A stretch of 64,000 nt of DNA from a virus (lineage: Duplodnaviria > Caudoviricetes): IMG/VR virus record IMGVR_UViG_3300023174_000037; one strand, 5' to 3'. The notes under the pieces are model-generated. The model was not told the origin of the DNA. It saw only the letters and a program-made list of their open reading frames with translations, and ran no database searches. This document shows, piece by piece, positions 56,587 through 64,000 of this stretch. The position numbers and the translations under genes are program-made. Numbering within the stretch: the first letter of the stretch is position 1; the number at the start of each line of letters is the position of its first letter.

Positions 56587-56963
56587 CAGTGTTTCTTACG
56601 ATAGTCTTCAATTGCAGCTTTTATAGCATCTTCTGCAAGTATGCTACAATGTATTTTAACCGGTGGTAAGGCAAGTTCTCCAGCAATATCCGAATTCTTA
56701 ATCGTTCCTGCTTCGTCAAGCGTTTTTCCTTTAACCCACTCGGTGACAAGACTTGAACTGGCGATTGCTGATCCACATCCGTATGTTTTAAATTTGGCAT
56801 CAGTTATTACTCCTTCATTATTTACTTTGATTTGAAGTTTCATAACGTCACCACAGGCAGGTGCGCCAACCATACCGGTTCCTACTGAATCGTCACCTTT
56901 TTCAAAGCTACCCACATTGCGTGGATTTTCGTAGTGATCTATTACTTTTTCTGAATATGCCAT
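56586..56963 (-). CDS. iscU: Fe-S cluster scaffold protein IscU
   Basis: [42 protein letters not shown]. Confidence 0.97.
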   Translation of the reverse strand: MAYSEKVIDHYENPRNVGSFEKGDDSVGTGMVGAPACGDVMKLQIKVNNEGVITDAKFKTYGCGSAIASSSLVTEWVKGKTLDEAGTIKNSDIAGELALPPVKIHCSILAEDAIKAAIEDYRKKH

Positions 56964-56981
56964 TTGTTTCTCCTATTTTAC

Positions 56982-57010
56982 ATTATAACATGTAACTGTT
57001 GTATTTACAA
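56982..57010 (-). promoter_or_regulatory. Sigma70-type promoter of iscU
   Basis: TTGTAA-17bp-TATAAT then AGGAG RBS. Confidence 0.6.
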
Positions 57011-57024
57011 CCTTTTTGAACGTA

Positions 57025-57927
57025 TTATACGACTGGTTCTAGGGTGTATTGTTTTTTGGCTTGATTTTTGGTAACTGCAAACAACCTATTTTTATATTCT
57101 AAACTTTCTGGGCAAAATTTACACATGGTCAATTGCTCATCGATTGTGGCTAAAAATTCCGCACCACGTTCCGAATACTCGTAAGGCGATAGCGGTCGAT
57201 AGGAATTTAAAATAACTCTATCTTCGTCTGAAATATCAAATCCGTGCTGTTGATCAAACTCTGGAAATAGTGCAGCTGGTCCGCATTTATACAGCCGGCC
57301 TTTGATCATGTGATAGTTTTTATGTATGCGAAATCCGCAACTGTTGTGTGCCACATGAGGTCTACTGTTGTGTAGTGTAAACTTGCCCGTGGCATCTCGT
57401 TGAATAGCACTGTCGTAAAAATCATATTGTATCCACAGTGGTATGGCAACCTTGTTTTCGTCTATCCATGTAATGTCAGACCCAAACAAGTTACGAGGAT
57501 CGTTTTTTTCTAATTTTGTAATTGCACCTTGAAGAAACTTGTGAACTTCAGCTTCAAATTCATCAATGGTATTAGGATTGTGCCAGCTGATACCCATCCA
57601 GTTACCATTGACCCGTAAGGCTTCGTAAAGTCCCTTTACATTGTTTAGGCGTGTGCCGTTTGATAGTATCTGCACATTTCTTTTGAATATGCGATTGATT
57701 CCATAAACCCAATCAAGTATGTCCGGATTCAGCAACGGTTCGCCACCTAATATCACTATCTTGTCAACGTCAACATATTCGGCCCATTTTTCATAATCGG
57801 CTTCGTAGTCACTCCATCGTTGCCATCCAGCAAATGAATAGTTGTTAAAACGGTTACAACCTTCGCAGGTTAGATTGCAGACGTTAGTTATATAGAACTC
57901 AAGTTTTGAGAATAGGTGTTTTTTCAT
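57025..57927 (-). CDS. Radical SAM protein
   Basis: CNLTCEGC, LGGEPLL, SNG, C-terminal C..KC..C.FC. Confidence 0.85.
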   Translation of the reverse strand: MKKHLFSKLEFYITNVCNLTCEGCNRFNNYSFAGWQRWSDYEADYEKWAEYVDVDKIVILGGEPLLNPDILDWVYGINRIFKRNVQILSNGTRLNNVKGLYEALRVNGNWMGISWHNPNTIDEFEAEVHKFLQGAITKLEKNDPRNLFGSDITWIDENKVAIPLWIQYDFYDSAIQRDATGKFTLHNSRPHVAHNSCGFRIHKNYHMIKGRLYKCGPAALFPEFDQQHGFDISDEDRVILNSYRPLSPYEYSERGAEFLATIDEQLTMCKFCPESLEYKNRLFAVTKNQAKKQYTLEPVV

Positions 57928-57984
57928 AGTATAGGAAGCACCACCCGATGATTAAGTGATGTTAGATATTTACGACTAATGTGT

Positions 57985-58320
57985 TTACTGGCGACGTTTT
58001 AATGCCGCTTTGGCATTGCTGTCTACTACTGCTCTGGCTTGGTCTACACTCATGCCAGTTTCGGCTTCAGTATTGCCTTTGAAACGAACTACACCAGTGT
58101 TGGGTTCCAGTGGTTCTAATATATTACTTAGGGGTTCTTGACTGATCAAATCACCCAGATTTTCAGGAGTAACGTTGACTCCTAGACTTTTGGCCGCATC
58201 AATAAAGGCCTGTTGACTAATTTGTTTTTTGGCACTTTCATCTTCACTACGCCCAAGCAAAAACTGGCTTAATGCAGCCAGTCGTTGTGTGTTGGGATCT
58301 GCAACTTCGCGGATTAACAT
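57985..58320 (-). CDS. Hypothetical protein, probable virion/internal protein
   Basis: MLIREV N-terminus; in the late gene cluster. Confidence 0.6.
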   Translation of the reverse strand: MLIREVADPNTQRLAALSQFLLGRSEDESAKKQISQQAFIDAAKSLGVNVTPENLGDLISQEPLSNILEPLEPNTGVVRFKGNTEAETGMSVDQARAVVDSNAKAALKRRQ

Positions 58321-59168
58321 TATCTACGTTCGCGACCCAGGCCAGCAGGTTCAACGTTGGCATCCATCTCAGCGTCAATGTCTTCTTCGCCATCAGGTGT
58401 AGGAAGTTCAGCATCAATATCAATTTGTTCTTGACCTGGAGCAACACCCATATCATCACCAGGAACTTGCGGTGCTTGTCCGGTAACTACACCAAGTGCA
58501 GCTTCTAATTGTTGTTTAGCACCGCTTAGGTTTTGTAACAGCCCGCTTAATGCAGCACTGGCATCGCCGTTGAATTGAGTAGCTTGATCAACTCCAACTT
58601 CGTTCTTGATTTGGTCAATCAATGCAGGTAAATCTTTGAATTGCATGGCACTGACTTGTTCACTCATTTTTTGAACTTGATCAACCATGTCTTGTGCAGC
58701 CAACACCACTTGAGCTTGTTGAATTTCAGAGGCTTCACGCAAACGACGAGCGCGGCGGCCTTCTGCCATTGGGTTATTTGCTTGTTGCAAAATTTGATTT
58801 TTTTGTTGTGTTAACTCTTGAATTTGTTTTGTAATTGCAGCGGCTTGATCTTGTGCCTGTTTTTTCCTTGCGGCCATGTCCATTGCCATGTTGGCTGGAT
58901 TTGTTGCCGGAGCAGTACCGGGTGCTGTTGCAGCGGCGGCCAAGGCCTGTTCCATCATGACCAATTTTAAATATGCAGGATCACGTTCACTGCTGTGAAA
59001 AGCTGTGGTTCTACGATGTTCAGCAATTAACTTGCGAACACTCTTAAGCATGTTATGTGCTTGGCTTTTTGAAACAGTGTTAAAATTAACACGGTCACCA
59101 AAATAGCTTTCAAAAACCTTAGCGGCTTGTTGTTTCGGATTGGCTACGGCCAGTTCTTGCAGTTTCAT
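58320..59168 (-). CDS. Helical hypothetical protein, probable internal head/core protein
   Basis: MKLQEL start, Ala/Gln-rich coiled coil, acidic tail; CTAAATA and GAGGA upstream. Confidence 0.6.
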   Translation of the reverse strand: MKLQELAVANPKQQAAKVFESYFGDRVNFNTVSKSQAHNMLKSVRKLIAEHRRTTAFHSSERDPAYLKLVMMEQALAAAATAPGTAPATNPANMAMDMAARKKQAQDQAAAITKQIQELTQQKNQILQQANNPMAEGRRARRLREASEIQQAQVVLAAQDMVDQVQKMSEQVSAMQFKDLPALIDQIKNEVGVDQATQFNGDASAALSGLLQNLSGAKQQLEAALGVVTGQAPQVPGDDMGVAPGQEQIDIDAELPTPDGEEDIDAEMDANVEPAGLGRERR

Positions 59169-59613
59169 TATGGAATCCTCGTTGTTGAATATATTTAGCC
59201 CAGTTTACGTATTTGGTTAACTGATTTTCCAGCACTTTTTTCTGTATAATCTTGCTTTCTAGCTTGGTTAGTATAATTTCACGTAAATCAGGATTTTGGC
59301 TACGATCACCAATGGCAGCTCTTGTATTAATATCATTTTTAAGTGCTGTTAATTTATTATCAGTTCTTAGTATTTCACGGGATGTATTGTAATCACGATT
59401 TTTATCGGCAATGCACCAGCTGAGTGCTGTGCGTGTGCTGCTAAAAACTCCTACTTCTGTAATGCCACAAACGACTTGATAACCACGTGATTTGGGTTGT
59501 ATTTTATAGTGCTCAAATACTTCGTAACCATCCTCACTTTGCCAGATTAAATTGGGTGCAATGCTTTTAAATTCCTGGCGGAACATGCGTTCAAACTCTT
59601 GGTCGGATTTCAT
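59119..59613 (-). CDS. Hypothetical protein
   Basis: 164 aa, coupled to the upstream gene. Confidence 0.6.
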   Translation of the reverse strand: MKSDQEFERMFRQEFKSIAPNLIWQSEDGYEVFEHYKIQPKSRGYQVVCGITEVGVFSSTRTALSWCIADKNRDYNTSREILRTDNKLTALKNDINTRAAIGDRSQNPDLREIILTKLESKIIQKKVLENQLTKYVNWAKYIQQRGFHNETARTGRSQSETTSR

Positions 59614-59873
59614 TTTAAAACGTAGTGTGATATAAGATAAATGGTTGAAGCAAATAAAAATCCAATAATGCCAACTCCCCAGCCAATTAATCTATCAGTA
59701 TTTTTTTCACTCATTTTGCTTACACTGGCTTTGACCTCAGCAACCATTTCGCAGAGATGTGCAATATTCACACTCATAGCGGTCATTTTATCTTCTAACG
59801 CATTGTAGCGTTCAGCACACAATTCCACGTGTGCTTCAAGACTTTTCTTTTCAATATCAGTTGGCTCAACCAT
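59610..59873 (-). CDS. Coiled-coil protein with C-terminal TM (holin-like architecture)
   Basis: LEAHVELCAERY coiled coil plus one TM. Confidence 0.55.
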   Translation of the reverse strand: MVEPTDIEKKSLEAHVELCAERYNALEDKMTAMSVNIAHLCEMVAEVKASVSKMSEKNTDRLIGWGVGIIGFLFASTIYLISHYVLK

Positions 59874-59885
59874 TTGTAATCTCCA

Positions 59886-60314
59886 TCATGTATTTATGGA
59901 AATAGGCACGAACCAAATATTCTGTCTAGGGCCGCTGGTTATTAACACTGTGTCAATATCCGGGTCATTGTCAAGTTCACGCAACATGGGCACACCTTCA
60001 GCATCAGCACGTAGCACTGATACTGGATCTGATTCAGGACCGTAAATGCCGTCTGTTTCGGTTTCAAATTCAAACATCCAACGTGTGCCGGTTTGATCTG
60101 ATATGGGATCGGTTAGGTCAAATAATTGAGTGCGAAGACTTAAAATTTGTGTAAGTGTTTCCCAATTACGTTGTTGATTGCGACTACGATTCCACAGCTC
60201 TTCATTGTGTATCAACTGTCCAGCACGATCATGAAATGGCATGCGGCTTTGTTTACAATGTCCAGTTACTCCGGTGGCTGTGATATCAAACAGGGTTTGA
60301 CAAGCAAATTTCAT
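59886..60314 (-). CDS. Hypothetical protein
   Basis: 142 aa, TLFDITATGV start. Confidence 0.6.
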   Translation of the reverse strand: MKFACQTLFDITATGVTGHCKQSRMPFHDRAGQLIHNEELWNRSRNQQRNWETLTQILSLRTQLFDLTDPISDQTGTRWMFEFETETDGIYGPESDPVSVLRADAEGVPMLRELDNDPDIDTVLITSGPRQNIWFVPISINT

Positions 60315-60565
60315 TCGGCTTTCCTGCTTAATTCGTAAAGTATTTCTACTTGTTCACACAAATGATTAAGCTCGCTATTGTCTCTGCGAGCTTGAAAAAT
60401 TTCTACCCAACGTTTTGAACTTTCCAAGTCTTTGAGCTCTTGTTGTAAGTTAGGATCTTGCCAATGCAGTTCTCTTTTGGTAGCACCGGGGCTACGAGCA
60501 TAGACTGTGCGACCACCGTCTGGACTTTCAAATACTGTAAGCTCTGTAATTTTGCTGACCATCAT
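60311..60565 (-). CDS. Hypothetical protein
   Basis: FESPDGGRTVYAR motif; TTAAATA 7 nt upstream of ATG. Confidence 0.6.
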   Translation of the reverse strand: MMVSKITELTVFESPDGGRTVYARSPGATKRELHWQDPNLQQELKDLESSKRWVEIFQARRDNSELNHLCEQVEILYELSRKAE

Positions 60566-60611
60566 GATAGAGTATTTAAGTTATTATTGCAAGACCAGTA
60601 TTAAAGTCAAC

Positions 60612-60635
60612 AAAAAGCACCCGAAGGTGCTTTTT
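60612..60635. terminator. Bidirectional intrinsic terminator
   Basis: AAAAAGCACC-CGAA-GGTGCTTTTT. Confidence 0.85.
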
Positions 60636-60637
60636 AA

Positions 60638-60865
60638 TTACGCCTGGTCTACAAACTTCTTGAGTTCCTCGGCCTTGCTTACAATATCCGTGCTAGACGG
60701 AAAATCAGGTAAGGTTGGATAAGGCAGTGTTCCGCGATTGGCGTCATTTAGTTTTGAATGATATTCATCACTCATTGCTTGACGTTTTTGGAAGATTGGC
60801 GTTACGAGGATTTCGTTAGCCATTTTAAGAAGTTCGAGACGGATCTCGTAAGGTGTTTTGCTCAT
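60638..60865 (-). CDS. Conserved small phage protein
   Basis: MSKTPYEIRLELLKMA...DIVSKAEELKKFV; ACACAGGAG RBS. Confidence 0.7.
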   Translation of the reverse strand: MSKTPYEIRLELLKMANEILVTPIFQKRQAMSDEYHSKLNDANRGTLPYPTLPDFPSSTDIVSKAEELKKFVDQA

Positions 60866-60965
60866 GTTATTCTCCTGTGTAATGTGTGTGTTATCAAGTC
60901 CCGCCCTATGCAGGACAAGATTGCTACACGAGCAAGATTACTTATACTTGTAAAATCCGGTCAAT

Positions 60966-60988
60966 AAAAAACCCGCCGAAGCGGGTTT
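60966..60988 (-). terminator. Intrinsic terminator
   Basis: Minus strand AAACCCGC-TTCG-GCGGGTTTTTT. Confidence 0.85.
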
Positions 60989-61007
60989 GATATAATCAAA
61001 AAATTGA

Positions 61008-61388
61008 TTAGGTTGACAATTTGAAACCAGCGTTTGTGCATGAGTTCAACTGGTAACCAGTGGCTACAATGTTCGCAGCAGCCAAGAATGTTGTGGCATC
61101 ATAGGCACCTACTGGAAACACACCAAAACTCAATACTGTGCCATCAATTTGATACATAGCAACTGTGCTTGTTTGTTGAATTGCTTGAATAACGTTAGAC
61201 ACGTATTCGTTTACACCTTGTTGTGATACAACTGTGGTGTTAGCAACTACACGGAAAAAGTCCAATTTTGGACCAGCAAAGTTAACAGGTTGTCCTGCTG
61301 TAGATGCTGATGGGCTAACTGGGCCATTCAATACGTCTGTTGCAAATACTGGTTGGGCATCACCCGAACTAATAGTAATATAAGCCAT
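61008..61388 (-). CDS. Probable capsid decoration/structural protein
   Basis: TATAAATA and AAGGAG upstream, own terminator, Ala/Thr/Val-rich beta composition. Confidence 0.5.
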   Translation of the reverse strand: MAYITISSGDAQPVFATDVLNGPVSPSASTAGQPVNFAGPKLDFFRVVANTTVVSQQGVNEYVSNVIQAIQQTSTVAMYQIDGTVLSFGVFPVGAYDATTFLAAANIVATGYQLNSCTNAGFKLST

Positions 61389-61451
61389 TTTTAAATCTCC
61401 TTAGTATATGGACTGTGAAGTCCTACTTTTATTTATACCTTTTGGCGAAAA

Positions 61452-63383
61452 TTAGGAGTTAGGCACTGATTCTGGGTTGTTTATTTGACGATTTGCCGCG
61501 GTAAATCCACCAGCAAGACGATTCACAGCCTTGGCCATACCGGCTCCTGTGGCCATTACCCAACCCTCTTGTCCAGGATGTTGTAGATCCAACTGATTTA
61601 AAATATCCATCTTGATGTCGTGTAGTAATCCCCATGCAGTAAATGCTGCGGCCATACCGGCTAAGTTACTACGTGGACTTTGCAAATATTCTACAATGTT
61701 TTTAAACTTCTTGGGTGTAACACGTTGTTGTAACCACGGACCAAAATCAGCCAACAAGTTATCAAATCCGGTGCCAACTCTACTGTTGATATAATCTATA
61801 CATAGCTTGGGCAAGTCAGTAATTTGTAGCGCACGAAGTTCAGCAGGATTAAACAATTGATCAATCGCAGCACCTTGACTGCTGTAAACTGTTCTAAGTT
61901 GTTGTGTTAATTCTTTGTTCGGGCGCACATTTTCTTTGGCATACACTGGCTCTAATAATAGCAATCCAGGAACTGTTTTAAATTTAACGTTGCCAATGGG
62001 CTCTTTGGCAGCGCCAGGTTCGGCATATCTGGTGTGCATGGCAATGCCAACTTCACTATCACCAATACGCTTGCCCACATCACTGTTGGCTGGAATTTTG
62101 TATTCTATGGTGTTGGGTGTAAACACATAATTGCCGGCCTGTAATGGCGGAGTGTCCATATACAACAAATCGCCTTGCACAAAGCCTCTATAGTTTGTTG
62201 GCACTGCGGCATCTAACATGCTCCATAGTCGATTGTATATTGGTGCAAGATCTTGAACTCGAGTAGCAGGTTTGCCCAACGCAGCTGCATCAGCATCTCT
62301 AGCGGCCAGATGTTGTGTAACTTGCTTAGGACTTGTAAACAAGCCATTGTAGCCTTTGGCTGTGAATCCCGACACGTCGGTCAGTATAAATGTTCCATTA
62401 GCATCACGGCCAAATATTAAGGCTGGCTTACCATCCCACTTGACTGTGGTAGTTTTACCAGTGTCAGCCGCAGTCTGCTTGACAATGTCCATGGCTTTTT
62501 TAATACCCGAACTGCCATTGCGGAACACATAGTCTTCCAAGTGCTCGATGCCTTTGGCACGGCCACCTTGCACTTCAGCTTCAACAATTACCTGCATGCC
62601 TTGATTGACAATACGGTCACGTAGTCGTGCCAGGAAGTTTACTTCTGTATATCCAGTAACTGGAGGAAGCTCTGTGCTTTCCATAAATGGCAAGCCTTCA
62701 CGTTCCATGTGCGCTCGAAAGTCTGCTAATTTAGCATCACGACCTGGATCTGTGCTGAGGGATTGCAGTATGCTTTCAACTGACGCCAGGTCTTGCCGTG
62801 TGGCTGTTTTGTTCAACAACATCTTGGCCACAGCATCTGGATCATCAGTGATAATCTCATTGGTGTTACGATCGGCAATGCCGGCAATTTGATTCAATTT
62901 ATATCCCATACTTTTGGCTATGCTGTTCATTAACACATTACGTTCACGTCCTTTATACTTGGACTCAGCTGGCACAGCACCTAAAACAAATTTTGACCAT
63001 GGTACATTTTTCAACAACATAAAGTCTGTTTGAACATATCCCTTGGCAGGATTGCCAACGATGGGTGTAAGAAAATGCACCGCTGTGCCAGACTTTTTAA
63101 CATAGTCTTCGGGTTTGAATCCGTGACTAGCAGCCCACTGTTTAAGTCTGGCTTCCAATTGTTCTTTGGTAACTGTATTGGCATCTACTGCAATGTCCAA
63201 GTCACCCGACGTGTCTTTGATGCCAGTTGATCCTAATGTATTACTTTGTAAATCTAATCCAGGCAACAGTTCCTCCAACCAGGCCAAAGTAGGCTTAACA
63301 TCAGTCTGATTAATACGCTGAGTTACGGCCTGGCCTTTGCTGTTTTTGAATACGTTACCGCCTTCTCGTAAAGATTGTATCAT
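61452..63383 (-). CDS. Fusion of Pol-beta-type nucleotidyltransferase and RNA/DNA-ligase-like (DUF6267-type) domain
   Basis: N-terminal LGSTG....SGDLDIAVD...VQTDFM; C-terminal HLED..TVKWDG, FVQGDLLY, EGWV, AKAVNR. Confidence 0.65.
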   Translation of the reverse strand: MIQSLREGGNVFKNSKGQAVTQRINQTDVKPTLAWLEELLPGLDLQSNTLGSTGIKDTSGDLDIAVDANTVTKEQLEARLKQWAASHGFKPEDYVKKSGTAVHFLTPIVGNPAKGYVQTDFMLLKNVPWSKFVLGAVPAESKYKGRERNVLMNSIAKSMGYKLNQIAGIADRNTNEIITDDPDAVAKMLLNKTATRQDLASVESILQSLSTDPGRDAKLADFRAHMEREGLPFMESTELPPVTGYTEVNFLARLRDRIVNQGMQVIVEAEVQGGRAKGIEHLEDYVFRNGSSGIKKAMDIVKQTAADTGKTTTVKWDGKPALIFGRDANGTFILTDVSGFTAKGYNGLFTSPKQVTQHLAARDADAAALGKPATRVQDLAPIYNRLWSMLDAAVPTNYRGFVQGDLLYMDTPPLQAGNYVFTPNTIEYKIPANSDVGKRIGDSEVGIAMHTRYAEPGAAKEPIGNVKFKTVPGLLLLEPVYAKENVRPNKELTQQLRTVYSSQGAAIDQLFNPAELRALQITDLPKLCIDYINSRVGTGFDNLLADFGPWLQQRVTPKKFKNIVEYLQSPRSNLAGMAAAFTAWGLLHDIKMDILNQLDLQHPGQEGWVMATGAGMAKAVNRLAGGFTAANRQINNPESVPNS

Positions 63384-64000
63384 GGTAATCCTAATGTTGT
63401 TTTAATGTCGTATGCGCCAGTGGGATCTTTGGCCATGTCCTTAAGAGCATCGATTTGTTTAGGATTCAGTACCGCTGATAACGGAGTAACTGATGCGGTT
63501 TGACGCTGCTTGGGATTGTTTTGCTGTTGTATAGACTTTTGCTTGGCAGACAGTTGTTGCATGGCCTGTCCTACAGTTAAAAAATATTGTTCTACTGCTG
63601 CTATGTTGTCATTGGGATTTTGTTGCGTTGTTACAATCTGACTCAAGGCTTGATTCAGTGTGCGACTCATGCCGGGAATTTTTTCCACATCAGCAAGACC
63701 AAGTCCAGACGATTTATCAGCAACTTTTGATGCCGCCCAGGTTTTAAAGTTTTGAGCATATCTACTTTGTAGCGGAGGAGGTGCCTTGATTCCTGCTGGT
63801 TTGGCTGTTACCGAAGGAGACACTGCTCCACCTACAGCAGGCTTGGCACCAGGCAGATCTGAAAATGCTTCATTGGTTACACCACGCTGTTTGGCATCAG
63901 CGGCTGCTATTTGTTGTTGTAGTTTTGCATATTCATCTGCGGTCGGTTTACCTGCAACTGGTTTACTAATTTTAGTTGTGGGTGTTAACCATTTTGGTGC
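63380..64000 (-). CDS. Ala/Pro/Gln-rich hypothetical protein (5' end outside window)
   Basis: Frame is open from base 64000 to the stop at 63380. Confidence 0.6.
   Translation of the reverse strand, partial: APKWLTPTTKISKPVAGKPTADEYAKLQQQIAAADAKQRGVTNEAFSDLPGAKPAVGGAVSPSVTAKPAGIKAPPPLQSRYAQNFKTWAASKVADKSSGLGLADVEKIPGMSRTLNQALSQIVTTQQNPNDNIAAVEQYFLTVGQAMQQLSAKQKSIQQQNNPKQRQTASVTPLSAVLNPKQIDALKDMAKDPTGAYDIKTTLGLP

Noticed and set aside
138-63230. Many short opposite-strand or alternate-frame ORFs in the track (e.g. 138-509, 897-1241, 11186-11455, 28527-28847, 46048-46419, 62605-62892)
   Set aside because: They are shadows of well-supported genes, with no RBS, promoter or family motif.
1-64000. 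Alternative genetic code (stop codon reassignment)
   Set aside because: Conserved genes are full length under code 11, and TAA, TGA and TAG all end genes cleanly.
1-64000. Bacterial chromosome or prophage origin
   Set aside because: Host-like genes are interspersed with PAAR, fibres, T4-late-like promoters and small phage ORFs; no integrase, att site, rRNA or housekeeping operon structure is seen.

Overview
A 64-kb segment of a large lytic T4-like (myovirus/jumbo-type) dsDNA phage genome, standard genetic code, gene-dense and mostly on the minus strand. The host-like genes (ClpXP, IscU/IscA, bS21, desaturase, CHASE2 cyclase, Ala/Pro-rich secreted peptides) point to a freshwater proteobacterial, probably betaproteobacterial, host; this is an inference from protein style, not a search. 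Core genes: NrdAB, glutaredoxin, dCMP deaminase, ATP-dependent DNA ligase, exonuclease, UvsE, PAAR, tail fibre/spike proteins and putative internal head proteins. The accessory content is rich: (i) a CsgF-CsgG-curlin-FecR-curlin-CHASE2 adenylate cyclase module, the best candidate for an undescribed trans-envelope signalling system; (ii) a PlcP-Agt phosphate-starvation lipid-remodelling pair with a Pho-box-like site; (iii) ClpX, ClpP, ClpS, Hsp20, bS21 and BI-1/YccA; (iv) Fe-S assembly genes and three radical SAM enzymes; (v) an amidinotransferase/2OG-Fe(II)/PLP enzyme set; (vi) a Pol-beta nucleotidyltransferase fused to an RNA-ligase-like domain. Non-coding signals read from the DNA: four near-identical sigma70 promoter cassettes with a TGTTG-N8-CAACA palindrome, T4-late-like (A/T/G/C)TAAATA boxes that often sit 4-8 nt from an SD-less ATG, a covarying ROSE-like leader shared by hsp20 and a phasin-like gene, PhaR-type boxes, and two candidate structured RNAs. 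No CRISPR array, tRNA, IS element, intron or intein was recognised. All family calls come from motif recognition by eye.
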